A stretch of 64,000 nt of DNA, taken from the NCBI GenBank assembly GCA_963663165.1, contig OY760175.1:2080001-2144000 (forward strand), written 5' to 3'. The position numbers and the translations under genes were made by a program. Under the pieces are notes generated by a model, which did no database searches, was not told where the DNA came from, and saw only the letters and a program-made list of their open reading frames with translations. Below are positions 29,701-39,020 of this stretch, piece by piece. Within the stretch, counting starts at the first letter, position 1. The number at the start of each line of letters is the position of its first letter. The stretch is from an uncultured Desulfospira sp. (GTDB lineage Bacteria; Desulfobacterota; Desulfobacteria; Desulfobacterales; Desulfobacteraceae).

Positions 29701-29958
29701 ATGTATAAAGGGCAACGAAACAGTGGCAAGACCAAATTTTTCCAGCGCCGCAAAATCTGCCGGTTCTGTGTAGACAGCAGTCTGGAAATCGACTACAAAA
29801 ACCCCAAAGCATTGAAGCAGTTCATCACCGAACGGGGAAAGATCATCCCAAGAAGGATCACAGGGACCTGTGCCAAACATCAGCGCCAGCTGTCTTTGGC
29901 TATCAAGCAGTCCCGGCAGATCGCCCTGCTTCCGTTTGTGGGCAAGCCCCTTTACTAA
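29701..29958 (+). CDS. rpsR: 30S ribosomal protein S18 (Zn-binding form)
   Basis: [27 protein letters not shown]. Confidence 0.98.
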   Translation: MYKGQRNSGKTKFFQRRKICRFCVDSSLEIDYKNPKALKQFITERGKIIPRRITGTCAKHQRQLSLAIKQSRQIALLPFVGKPLY

Positions 29959-29982
29959 ACTTTAATAAAGGGAAGACATCAG

Positions 29983-30909
29983 GTGGACGGGAGCATAAAA
30001 CCAAAATTAATGCGGGATCTTATTATGGGGATCGGCTTTTGCATGGTGATCACTGCCATTGCCTTTTCCTTTCCCCTTTTAGGGGTCTTTGCATTGGTTT
30101 TTCTGCCGTTGCCCGTCCTGTTTTACAGGCTCAAGTTAGGGCGAAACAGTGCCGGCATTATGGTGGCGGTTTGTTTTGCCGTTTTGGTGATGGTGACCCG
30201 GGGCATGGGATTTGACATGCTGTATTTCGGGGCTCTTTTGATGACCGGTCTGATTTCTGGTGAGTGCATTGAACGGCAGATGGGGATTCAGCAAACCATC
30301 ATCCTTACGGCTGCAGGTATCATCTGTATTGGCCTGGCCGGCATTACAGCCATTGCCGCGACCCGGGGATTGAGCTTAGGAGAACTTTTCTCAGATTACA
30401 CCGTCCGGTATATTACCATGAGCGGACAGCTTTATTCGGACATGGGCATTGAAAAGGAACAGGTGGACGCACTCAATGCGTTTATTCTGTATATCATGCC
30501 CGGTATGTTTGCCGTCTCGTTCATTTCAACGGTGTGGCTCAATATCCTGATCATCATACGGATGCTCAAAAAAAGGGGCCTTTATCTTAAAAACCTGGCC
30601 AACCTGAACCACTACCGGGCCCCGGAATACCTGGTCTGGGCGGTGATTGTTCTGGGTGCCCTTTTGTTTTTGCCGACGGACACCCTTAAATATGTCAGCG
30701 TCAACTGCCTGATTGTCTTAATGCTTGTCTATTTTTTTCAAGGAATTGCTATTGTATCATTTTTCTTCCAGAAAAAAGGATCCCCAACCCATTTAAGGGT
30801 GTTTTGTTACAGCCTTATTGCCGTACAGCTCTATGTCCTGCTGGTTGTCATCGGCTTAGGGTTCTTTGACAACTGGATAAACTTCAGGAAACTTGGTACA
30901 CAAAAATGA
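29983..30909 (+). CDS. YybS/DUF2232 family membrane protein
   Basis: Multi-TM, YFFQG and GFFD.W.NFR ending; conserved position between rpsR and rplI. Confidence 0.85.
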   Translation: MDGSIKPKLMRDLIMGIGFCMVITAIAFSFPLLGVFALVFLPLPVLFYRLKLGRNSAGIMVAVCFAVLVMVTRGMGFDMLYFGALLMTGLISGECIERQMGIQQTIILTAAGIICIGLAGITAIAATRGLSLGELFSDYTVRYITMSGQLYSDMGIEKEQVDALNAFILYIMPGMFAVSFISTVWLNILIIIRMLKKRGLYLKNLANLNHYRAPEYLVWAVIVLGALLFLPTDTLKYVSVNCLIVLMLVYFFQGIAIVSFFFQKKGSPTHLRVFCYSLIAVQLYVLLVVIGLGFFDNWINFRKLGTQK

Positions 30910-30961
30910 TATCGAATCTAAAAGCCGGTCCTTTCCGGGCCGGACCTTTTTTGGAGGTTAT

Positions 30962-31420
30962 ATGAAAGTTATACTAAAAGAAACCATTGACACTCTCGGC
31001 ATTGCCGGTACAGAAGTCAATGTGGCGGCCGGTTACGGACGAAACTATCTTCTGCCCCAGGGAAAGGCAGTGATTGCCACCCCCCAGAACCGGAGGGTCA
31101 TGGAGCAGGCCAAGGCCAAGCTCGAACTCCAGATCGCAAAAGAACGCAAACTTGCCGAAGAAATGGCGGACAGCATCAAAGATGTGGTCTGTGTCATCAA
31201 GGCCAAGGTCCATGAAGAAACCCGCCTTTACGGCTCGGTGACCACCCATGACATCAAAGATGCTTTAGAAGCCCAGAATGTTACCCTTGAACGGCGGATC
31301 ATCCTCCTTGCCGAACCCATCAAGGAAATCGGCGAATACAAAGTCCCCATCCGCCTTTACAAGGATGTGGAGCCCAAGATCACTGTACAGGTGGTCCCTG
31401 AAGAAAAAGAAGATCATTAA
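30962..31420 (+). CDS. rplI: 50S ribosomal protein L9
   Basis: MKVIL, GYGRNYLLPQG, LYGSVT, PIKEIGEY; GGAGG RBS before ATG 30962. Confidence 0.97.
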   Translation: MKVILKETIDTLGIAGTEVNVAAGYGRNYLLPQGKAVIATPQNRRVMEQAKAKLELQIAKERKLAEEMADSIKDVVCVIKAKVHEETRLYGSVTTHDIKDALEAQNVTLERRIILLAEPIKEIGEYKVPIRLYKDVEPKITVQVVPEEKEDH

Positions 31421-31421
31421 A

Positions 31422-31562
31422 TGTTTGAACGGAAAGCCGCCCGTCTGCTGTGTTGCAGGGGAATTTGCAATCCTCACAACCCCATGGTTGCTCCGGTTGC
31501 AAGTTTTCCTGGTTTCTGACCTTTAGGTTACGCATTGCATCTGGGCAACTTTTCATCCAAAC
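31422..31562. mobile_element. Family B MITE-like element, copy 2
   Basis: Collinear with the reverse complement of 18602-18744; starts 1 nt after the rplI stop. Confidence 0.85.
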
Positions 31563-31571
31563 TTAAAATTT

Positions 31572-31665
31572 TATATGAAAGTCTCACTAACCTCTTGAAA
31601 AGACTTTCATTATTTGTTGTGGGCGGTTCTTGGTTGGATAACCAAGACGGCCCGTGGCCGTTAGT
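31572..31665. repeat. Family A two-hairpin repeat, copy 2
   Basis: TATATGAAAGTCT...AGACTTTCAT-TATTTGTTGT-GGGC...GCCC-GTGGCCGTTAGT; reverse complement of 235-328 with few substitutions. Confidence 0.9.
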
Positions 31666-31692
31666 TCAGACAAAATACAATCTGTTTTTTAA

Positions 31693-31731
31693 AAGGTCCC
31701 GGCATCCCTTTCGATAGATGCCGGGGCCTTT
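31693..31731 (+). terminator. GC-rich hairpin downstream of rplI, possible terminator
   Basis: AAAGGTCCCGGCATC ... GATGCCGGGGCCTTT. Confidence 0.5.
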
Positions 31732-31796
31732 ACCCAAACCGTTCACATAGCAGCACCCGCGTCATTTTTAAAAAAGTTTTCGGAGGTACCATGTTT

Positions 31797-31824
31797 TTCA
31801 TCCTTCATCCTTCATCCTTCATCC
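31797..31824 (+). repeat. Heptamer tandem repeat (TTCATCC)4
   Basis: Read directly; ends 16 nt upstream of the dnaB start. Confidence 0.95.
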
Positions 31825-31840
31825 TTTCATAAGAGGCGCC

Positions 31841-33220
31841 GTGGCCCAGGACAACCCCAAAAAAACCGATCCCCTCCTTAACCGGACCCCTCCCCATGAT
31901 ATTGATGCGGAAGAATCTGTCTTAAGCGCCATTTTTATCAACAACCAGAATCTGTTTGATATCATGGAGGTTCTGACGCCGGATGACTTTTACAAGGGCG
32001 CCCATAAAAAAATATTCCGGGTAATTCTGGAACTTGCCGCAAGAGAGGAACCCGCTGACCTGGTCACCGTGGCCAATGCCCTCAAGGAAAAAGGAGAACT
32101 GGAAAGTATTGGCGGGGCAGCCTTTCTGTCATCCATATCCGACTCCGCCCCGGTGGCGGTCAATGCGGTCCACTATGCCAAAATCATCCGGGGAAAGGCC
32201 ACCCTGCGCCAACTTATAGATGCCTCCAGTAAAATCATTGAACGGTGCATTGAAGACTCAGGGGACACAGCAGACATTATTGAATTTGCCGAATCCACGG
32301 TTTTTAAGATTGCCGAAAAAAAAGCCGGGTCCTCTTTTGAAAGCCTTGGAAAGCTCATTAACCTGAACATTGACAAGTTGGAAGAACAGCAGGGAAAAGA
32401 CGGCGGATTATCCGGACTGTCCACCGGGTATCCGAGGCTGGACACCATCACTTCAGGGCTCCAGGGCTCAGACCTGATCATCCTCGCGGCCCGGCCCAGT
32501 ATGGGAAAAACAGCCTTTGCCCTGAACATTGCCCGGAATGTGGCGTTAGAAGAACGAAAGCCCGTGGGCGTTTTCTCCCTTGAAATGTCCAATGAGCAAC
32601 TGTCCATGCGGCTGCTCACGTCAGAGGCCCGGATTGACTCCAACCGGCTTCGCACCGGGTTTATCAGCCGGGATGACTGGACCAATGCCACCCAGGCGGC
32701 CGGCCTGCTCAACGATATTCCCATTTTTATCGACGACACCCCCAACATATCGGCCATGGATGTCAGGGCAAAGGCCAGAAAACTGGTCCAGAAGCAGGGA
32801 GACTTAGGCCTTATTGTGATTGACTACCTTCAGCTGATGAAAGCCCCGTTTAAGTCGGAAAGAAGGGACCTGGAAATTGCAGAGATCTCCCGTTCCCTCA
32901 AAGCCTTGGCCAAAGAGTTGAACGTTCCGGTCATGGCCCTTTCCCAGCTGAACCGGATGCTCGAACAACGGTCGGACAAACGGCCCATGATGTCTGACCT
33001 TCGTGAGTCCGGGGCCCTTGAACAGGATGCCGATATTATAGCGTTTATCTACCGGGATGAAGTTTATAACAAGGAACCGGACAACCCTAAAAAAGGGACG
33101 GCTGAAATCATTGTGGCCAAAAACCGGAACGGTGCCACGGGCACTGCGCTGATGCACTTTCACGGCCCATACACCCGGTTCGAAGAGCTGGCCCCGGACA
33201 GGTACCAGGAATTTCAATGA
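31841..33220 (+). CDS. dnaB: Replicative DNA helicase
   Basis: PPH.IDAEESVL, AARPSMGKT, FSLEM, IDYLQL, LSQLNR, DLRESGALEQDAD, KNRNG; no intein. Confidence 0.98.
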   Translation: MAQDNPKKTDPLLNRTPPHDIDAEESVLSAIFINNQNLFDIMEVLTPDDFYKGAHKKIFRVILELAAREEPADLVTVANALKEKGELESIGGAAFLSSISDSAPVAVNAVHYAKIIRGKATLRQLIDASSKIIERCIEDSGDTADIIEFAESTVFKIAEKKAGSSFESLGKLINLNIDKLEEQQGKDGGLSGLSTGYPRLDTITSGLQGSDLIILAARPSMGKTAFALNIARNVALEERKPVGVFSLEMSNEQLSMRLLTSEARIDSNRLRTGFISRDDWTNATQAAGLLNDIPIFIDDTPNISAMDVRAKARKLVQKQGDLGLIVIDYLQLMKAPFKSERRDLEIAEISRSLKALAKELNVPVMALSQLNRMLEQRSDKRPMMSDLRESGALEQDADIIAFIYRDEVYNKEPDNPKKGTAEIIVAKNRNGATGTALMHFHGPYTRFEELAPDRYQEFQ

Positions 33221-34854
33221 AAAAAAATGTTTACGGTTCCACAACCGGGCTGAAAAATACCCAGATCAAACGGATCGAAAACCTTTACACCTTCAGCTCC
33301 ACGCCCGACGCTATTCTTTTGCCGGAACTTGCCCGGGAAATGGTGGCCATCAGCTACGAAATCAAGCGCCAGATCGGCATACTTATCGACCGGAACGGAA
33401 AAACCATCTGCGTCATTGCGGGGGATCCCCATAAAATTGTTATTCCAGTCACACCGGACCATATGGCCATTCCAGGCCGCCTTAAAGGGCTTCGGTGTGT
33501 TCATACCCATTTAAAAGACGAACCCCTGACCCGGGATGACCTCACCGATCTTGCCCTGTTGCGCCTGGATTTCATGACCGCCGTCTGCATTACCCCTGAA
33601 GGAACAGCCGGTACCGTATATTCAGCCCACGTCCTTCCCGATGAGACCGGTGAGCCCTACCGGATTCTTAAGCCCGCCTCCATCCTCGAGCTTGACGTCA
33701 ACTGCCATCGCCAGATTAAAGAACTGGAATCCGAACTCAGCCGTAAGAATGCCCTTCACCGGCCTGAATCAGACCTGGAAAATGCCTTTTTGATGAATGC
33801 CGTAACCGACAATCCTGCAGAGGCCAGGGCCTCCATGGAGGAGTTAAAAGAACTGTGCAAAACCAGCCGCATCAATGTGGTGGGAACGGCTGTCCAGCGA
33901 AGGAAGCAGATTGACCCCAAATTTGTTATGGGCAAAGGCAAACTCTCGGACATGATCATCAAGGCCATCCAGCAGTACGCCACCATGCTGGTTTTTGACC
34001 GGGAACTGTCCCCTTCCCAGATCCGTTCCATCACTGATTTTGTTGAGATGAAAGTCATTGACCGGACCCAGCTGATTTTGGATATTTTTGCCAAGCAGGC
34101 AAAATCACGGGAAGGAAAGTTCCAGGTTGAGTTAGCGCAATTAGAATACCTGCTGCCCAGGCTCATCACTAAAAATACAGCCATGTCCCGGCTTACCGGG
34201 GGTATCGGCGGCAGGGGCCCTGGGGAAACCAAGCTTGAAATCAACCGGCGCAGGGTCAGGGACAGAATTGCCGGCCTGAAAAAAGAAATCCTTAAAATCA
34301 GAAAACAGCGCACCCAGCAAAAGGCCAGAAGAAAACGGAAAAACCTGCCGGTCATATCCATTGTCGGGTATACCAATGCGGGCAAATCCACCCTGTTAAA
34401 CACCTTAACCCAAAGCGACATCATTGCGGCGGACAGGCTGTTTGCCACCTTGGACCCCTCTTCAAGGCGGCTTCGGTTTCCCAAAGATGTGGAAGTCATT
34501 ATCACCGATACCGTAGGGTTTATCCACAACTTGCCAAAAGAACTGATGGAGGCGTTCAATGCCACATTAGAAGAACTTGAAGACGCAGATCTTCTCCTTC
34601 ATGTGATTGACATCTCCAATCCCAGGTACATGCAGCAAAAGGACTCTGTAGAAAAAATCTTAAAGGATCTGGAACTTGACAAAACGCCAAGCCTTTATGT
34701 GTTTAATAAAATTGATCGGGTCAACATGGACGAATTTGATAACAAATGGCTGTTAAACCAGGGGGTTCCCGTATCTGCAACCGACCGGAAAAGCCTTGCC
34801 CCCCTCATTGAAAAACTTGAATCCATGATCAGCCTTTCCCCTTCTTTTCTCTAA
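33217..34854 (+). CDS. hflX: GTPase HflX (long form)
   Basis: GGIGGRGPGETKLE, GYTNAGKST, LFATLD, DTVGF, NKID. Confidence 0.96.
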   Translation: MKKNVYGSTTGLKNTQIKRIENLYTFSSTPDAILLPELAREMVAISYEIKRQIGILIDRNGKTICVIAGDPHKIVIPVTPDHMAIPGRLKGLRCVHTHLKDEPLTRDDLTDLALLRLDFMTAVCITPEGTAGTVYSAHVLPDETGEPYRILKPASILELDVNCHRQIKELESELSRKNALHRPESDLENAFLMNAVTDNPAEARASMEELKELCKTSRINVVGTAVQRRKQIDPKFVMGKGKLSDMIIKAIQQYATMLVFDRELSPSQIRSITDFVEMKVIDRTQLILDIFAKQAKSREGKFQVELAQLEYLLPRLITKNTAMSRLTGGIGGRGPGETKLEINRRRVRDRIAGLKKEILKIRKQRTQQKARRKRKNLPVISIVGYTNAGKSTLLNTLTQSDIIAADRLFATLDPSSRRLRFPKDVEVIITDTVGFIHNLPKELMEAFNATLEELEDADLLLHVIDISNPRYMQQKDSVEKILKDLELDKTPSLYVFNKIDRVNMDEFDNKWLLNQGVPVSATDRKSLAPLIEKLESMISLSPSFL

Positions 34855-34861
34855 ATCCTTT

Positions 34862-34969
34862 GTAACTGTTCAGCAGTGCCCCATCTTCGCTCATTCAGGT
34901 CTTCTCACATAGCAAAAGTATGCTACGAAGACCTGACTAAACAAATATGAAGCACTGATGAACAGTTAC
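34862..34969. mobile_element. Family C MITE-like element with IS66-like GTAACT termini
   Basis: GTAACTGTTCAGCAGTG / CACTGATGAACAGTTAC terminal inverted repeats (16/17); internal stem TCAGGTCTT / AAGACCTGA. Confidence 0.8.
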
Positions 34970-35149
34970 GGACCTGATTTTTGCTTATTTTTAGCATTAG
35001 CTGAATATAGTCCTTTTTACTGTTTTAATGCCGATGTTTAAATTCAAATCGGCGGCCATTGGAGAATTGGAAATTTTTAACGATTTTACTGTTGACCATT
35101 TATTTGTTTTCAATTACATATGACAAAATTCTTATGAGGCGGACTGACT

Positions 35150-35371
35150 ATGGAACTAAACTTAACCGATGACTTTTTCACCGATCCTTACGTTAAAAGG
35201 GATTCTCTGGATATCCCTGAATGCTTTGGAGATTATGATAAACACAAGAAATTATGTTCAACCTATTGTGCCCTTTCCATTCAATGCTGTGTTCTGCATG
35301 CCAGGAACCCGGGCATTGATATACTTGAAAAACTTTTAATCAACAATCAGTACGCCATCAAAATAAACTAG
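35150..35371 (+). CDS. Small Cys-rich hypothetical protein
   Basis: 73 aa ORF with PECFG...C...C.....CC; upstream TTGACC-17-TACATA (35092-35120) and GAGG/GGA RBS. Confidence 0.65.
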   Translation: MELNLTDDFFTDPYVKRDSLDIPECFGDYDKHKKLCSTYCALSIQCCVLHARNPGIDILEKLLINNQYAIKIN

Positions 35372-35485
35372 CCCGGACAGCTCCCCCCCCTATCTGTTCG
35401 TCTGCTTTCGGGCAATCCGTTCCTCTAAAATCTTAAGCTTCCCATAAAAAGACCGTTAAGGTGTAACATATACCGGACAACCATT

Positions 35486-36853
35486 TTACAAAAAAATCTT
35501 TCCGGGATTAAGAATATGATGAGGATCAAACACCTTTTTGATTTCTTTCATCAGTGCCAGTTCCGTTGAACCGATTTCCCTGGGAAGGTATTTCTTTTTC
35601 GTCAGTCCCACCCCATGCTCACCGGTAATGGTCCCACCAAGTCCAAGAGCCGCACCAAACAAATCATCAACCGCCTGGTTTGCCCTTTTAAACTGATTTT
35701 CATCCCCAGGGTCATACATGACATTGCAGTGAAGATTTCCGTCCCCGGCGTGGCCAAAACAGACCAGGGGCAAGTCATATTGTTTCTGGATCTCACCGGC
35801 GGCCCGAACCATGGCCGGTATCTTTGAAATCGGGACCACAATATCTTCGTTCAGTTTGCTGCCGCGAATTTTATAAAGGAGTGGAGAAAGCGCCTTTCTG
35901 GCCTTCCAAAGACTTTGTGCCTGCAAGCTGTCCTTTGCATGGATCATGTCCAATGCGCCGGACTGTCTGCAAAAGGTTTCTATTTGCCGGGACTGCCTGT
36001 CAACGGCCTCGCCATTCCCGTCCACTTCAAGAATGAGCATGGCCCGGGCCCCGGGGGTAATGTCAAAGTCCAAGCTGTTTTGAACCAGCTTAAGGCAGGC
36101 ATGATCCAGGTATTCAACACACCGCGGCACAATGGCCTGTTTCATAATCCCGGAAACGGCTTTGGCGGCCTGGTCTGCATTCTTAAAAAACACAGCCATT
36201 GTTTTAACCTGTTCGGGTTTGGCCAGCAACCGAAGGGTCACCTGGGTCACAAAAGCCAGGGTCCCTTCAGATCCCACGATGAGCCGGGTTAAATCATACC
36301 CGGCAACCCCCTTGGCTGTGCATACGCCGGTCTGAATTGTTTCGCCTGAAGCCAGCAAGGCTTTAAGCCCCAAAACATAATCCCGGGTAACGCCGTATTT
36401 AACCGCCCTTGGACCGCCGGCGCACTCCCCAATATTTCCGCCAATGGTGCAGACCGATGAACTGGCCGGGTCCGGCGGATAGAACAGCCCCTGTTTTTCC
36501 ACTGCGTTATGGAATTTTTCTAAAATGACACCAGGCTCAACCCTGGCCGTGAAGTTATCCTTATCAATTTCAAGAATCCGGTTCATGCGGCTGGTCACCA
36601 TGACAATCCCGCCCTGAACCGGCACGCCCCCCCCCGTCATTCCCGATCCGCTTCCCCTGGGGATCACTGGGATACGGTGTTTTGAAGCAAAATGTAATAC
36701 CCGGGCTGCCTGATCGTGGGTTTGAGGAAAGACAACGGCAGAAGGCAGAAAAGACCTGCCGGAGGCATCGTAGGCGTAACAGACAAGTTCTTCGGTTTCA
36801 GTGGTGACCCCGTCCGGTCCGGTTATGGGCTTAAGGTCCTCATAAAGTCCCAT
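35486..36853 (-). CDS. glcD: FAD-linked oxidase, glycolate oxidase GlcD / D-lactate dehydrogenase family
   Basis: PRGSGSG, PPDPAS, GGP.AVKYG.T, GSEGTL, GHAGDGNLH, GEHGVG, LNPGK. Confidence 0.88.
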   Translation of the reverse strand: MGLYEDLKPITGPDGVTTETEELVCYAYDASGRSFLPSAVVFPQTHDQAARVLHFASKHRIPVIPRGSGSGMTGGGVPVQGGIVMVTSRMNRILEIDKDNFTARVEPGVILEKFHNAVEKQGLFYPPDPASSSVCTIGGNIGECAGGPRAVKYGVTRDYVLGLKALLASGETIQTGVCTAKGVAGYDLTRLIVGSEGTLAFVTQVTLRLLAKPEQVKTMAVFFKNADQAAKAVSGIMKQAIVPRCVEYLDHACLKLVQNSLDFDITPGARAMLILEVDGNGEAVDRQSRQIETFCRQSGALDMIHAKDSLQAQSLWKARKALSPLLYKIRGSKLNEDIVVPISKIPAMVRAAGEIQKQYDLPLVCFGHAGDGNLHCNVMYDPGDENQFKRANQAVDDLFGAALGLGGTITGEHGVGLTKKKYLPREIGSTELALMKEIKKVFDPHHILNPGKIFL

Positions 36854-38236
36854 TTAATACTTGCCGGATTCAAGTTTTTCAGAAAGATAGTTGATCTGTT
36901 CAAAAAGAACGCCTTTATGTTTCATTTCCTTTTCAACGGCATTCACAGAATAAATGGCCGTGGCATGGTACCGCTTAAAACTGGAACCGATTTTTTTGAT
37001 GGGCAGGTCCGTGTATTTTTTGGCCAGGAACATGGCCACCTGCCGGGGCCTGACAATTTTTTTCTTCCTGGACTTGGAGATAATCTCTTTGGGGGTAACG
37101 GCAAACTCACGGCAGACCAGCTCTTTGATCAGTTCAATGGTAATCCGTTTTCTTTGCTGGGTAAGGTTGGCCAGAACACTTTTGGCAAGATGGATATCAA
37201 TGTTCTGCTTCATGATCTCACCTTTTGCCGCCACACCGAACAACCCGCTTTCCAATTGTCTTACATCATCGCAAAGTTCCTGGGCAATATACTCAATAAC
37301 ATCGGTTGGAATTATGCAACAAAGGGGTTCGGCCTTTTTCTTGAGAATCTTTACCCGGGTATTGAAATCCGGTGTGCTGATTTCAGTAATCAGTCCCATG
37401 CTCAGCCTGGACTTGAGCTGCTCGTTGAGTTTGGGAATATCATCGGGCCGTTCGCAGCCGGAAAAAATAATTTTTTTATCGGCGTCCAGAAGGTAATCCA
37501 GGGTAATGGCCAGTTCATTTTGAATCGCCATTTTGCCGGCAAGGAAATGAATGTCTTCAAGGATCAGGACATCACACTGGGTTCTGTACTTTTCCTTGAA
37601 TTTTTCAATCCGGCTGGTTTTGAGGGCCGAAATCATTTCATTGGTAAAATCTTCAGCTGTCACATAGTAAACCCTGGAGCTTAACCCGCTGGAGATAATA
37701 TGGTGGCCGGCGGCCTGGGACAGATGACTTTTTCCAAGCCCGGTTTTTCCGAGAAGATAAAGAATTCCGGCTCCGTTAATGGTGCCTTTGGCAAGAGAAA
37801 GAGAGGCTGAATAGGCAAAACTTGAATTGTCCCCGACCACAAAATCATCAAAGGTATACCCTTTTTTCATCATCCGTCCGTTCATAAAGCACGAATCAAA
37901 TCCCGGCAGCGCCGTCTGGAAGGCTTTAGGGGTTTTGATAGGGATGGCCGGATGCCCGCCGTTCACCGGGGCCTGATTTTTTTTGGGGTTCCTTTCCTGT
38001 GTCTTAAATTCGATTTTAACATCCTGGCCCAATTTAACGAATTCATTCTGAAAAACCTCAAGGTAATTTTCCTTTAACCGCCTGGTAAAGAATTCGTTGG
38101 GAGCAGACAAACACACCAGATTCTCATCAAACGTTAACAATTCTACAGGATCAATCCACATCCGATAGCTGTGGTCCGGAATCGTTTGCCTGATTTGAGA
38201 TTTAATTTTCGTCCAGAAAGATTCAATATTTTCCAA
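36854..38236 (-). CDS. dnaA: DnaA replication initiator family protein (probable second paralogue)
   Basis: YTFDDFV.G..., GKTGLGKSHL Walker A, EDIHFL, LKSRL..GL, VRQLE, domain IV PRQVAM; TTG start. Confidence 0.9.
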   Translation of the reverse strand: MENIESFWTKIKSQIRQTIPDHSYRMWIDPVELLTFDENLVCLSAPNEFFTRRLKENYLEVFQNEFVKLGQDVKIEFKTQERNPKKNQAPVNGGHPAIPIKTPKAFQTALPGFDSCFMNGRMMKKGYTFDDFVVGDNSSFAYSASLSLAKGTINGAGILYLLGKTGLGKSHLSQAAGHHIISSGLSSRVYYVTAEDFTNEMISALKTSRIEKFKEKYRTQCDVLILEDIHFLAGKMAIQNELAITLDYLLDADKKIIFSGCERPDDIPKLNEQLKSRLSMGLITEISTPDFNTRVKILKKKAEPLCCIIPTDVIEYIAQELCDDVRQLESGLFGVAAKGEIMKQNIDIHLAKSVLANLTQQRKRITIELIKELVCREFAVTPKEIISKSRKKKIVRPRQVAMFLAKKYTDLPIKKIGSSFKRYHATAIYSVNAVEKEMKHKGVLFEQINYLSEKLESGKY

Positions 38237-38776
38237 AAATACCCTTCCCTTTCTTTAAACAGAATTCTAGTGAATAGCTCAATTGTTCCGAATTATAAAT
38301 ACGGTATTGAAAAAACTTCAGATCGAATAAATTGTAACTGATTTTCTATTCGAATATTTTTTCCGGGTCAAATCTGATCTCAAGTGTTAGACCATCATTA
38401 GATTTTTATTTGGCATGTTTTTTCAACTTATTATTTTCATTATTTTTTTTTGTGAAACACTTTATTTTCCAAAAAATTACAGCCATTTCCCCAACCCCCT
38501 ATTTTTTCAAGATTTTTATATCAAGTTACATTTTTATTCCACTTACGATAAAAATAAATACTCCGATTTCCGTTAATTACCTTCGATTTTCTTGAAATTA
38601 TGCATTTTTAAATTCTTTTTCCCAAACTTTTTATGGACAAGGGTTTCACAATTTTCTTGACGATATCGGCCACCCCGGCCAACTCCCCTAATGGTGCGGG
38701 TATGCATCATCGGGACTGATATCAGGGCATTAAAGGATTCGAAAATGTAAATTTTTCCTCACTTTTCAACTCAATA

Positions 38777-38833
38777 TAACGGCCACGGGCCGCCTTGGTT
38801 ATCCAACCAGGAACCGCCCACAACGAATAATGA
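38777..38833. repeat. Family A repeat, truncated copy 3
   Basis: TAACGGCCACGGGCCGCCTTGGTTATCCAACCAGGAACCGCCCACAACGAATAATGA matches 237-293 with 2 substitutions; second hairpin absent. Confidence 0.9.
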
Positions 38834-38888
38834 GACTGAAGATACCAGCAACGGTAGACTATAAACTGGGCACCGCAGGTGCTTCGCC

Positions 38889-38921
38889 CTCTTGTCTCTT
38901 GTTTCTTGTTTCCAGTTTCTT
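38889..38921 (+). repeat. Degenerate heptamer repeat (TCTCTTG/TTTCTTG type)
   Basis: CTCTTG TCTCTTG TTTCTTG TTTCCAG TTTCTT; same unit as 6190-6238. Confidence 0.8.
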
Positions 38922-39020
38922 ATAAAAGGGGCATGGGTATTGAAGCGAAGGATGCTTGCAGGGTTCGGCCCACCTATAGTATATAATTATCTTTACCAAC
39001 ACCATAAATTCAGGAAACAT

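Noticed and set aside
36716..37684. 322 aa + strand ORF, and similar long antisense ORFs (33756-34565, 3564-4202, 29269-29880)
   Set aside because: Shadow frames fully opposite well-supported genes, with no recognisable motifs.
38237..38760. Chromosomal oriC upstream of dnaA
   Set aside because: No canonical DnaA boxes found by eye, no dnaN, and the nearby rRNA operon would be head-on; not formally excluded without GC skew.
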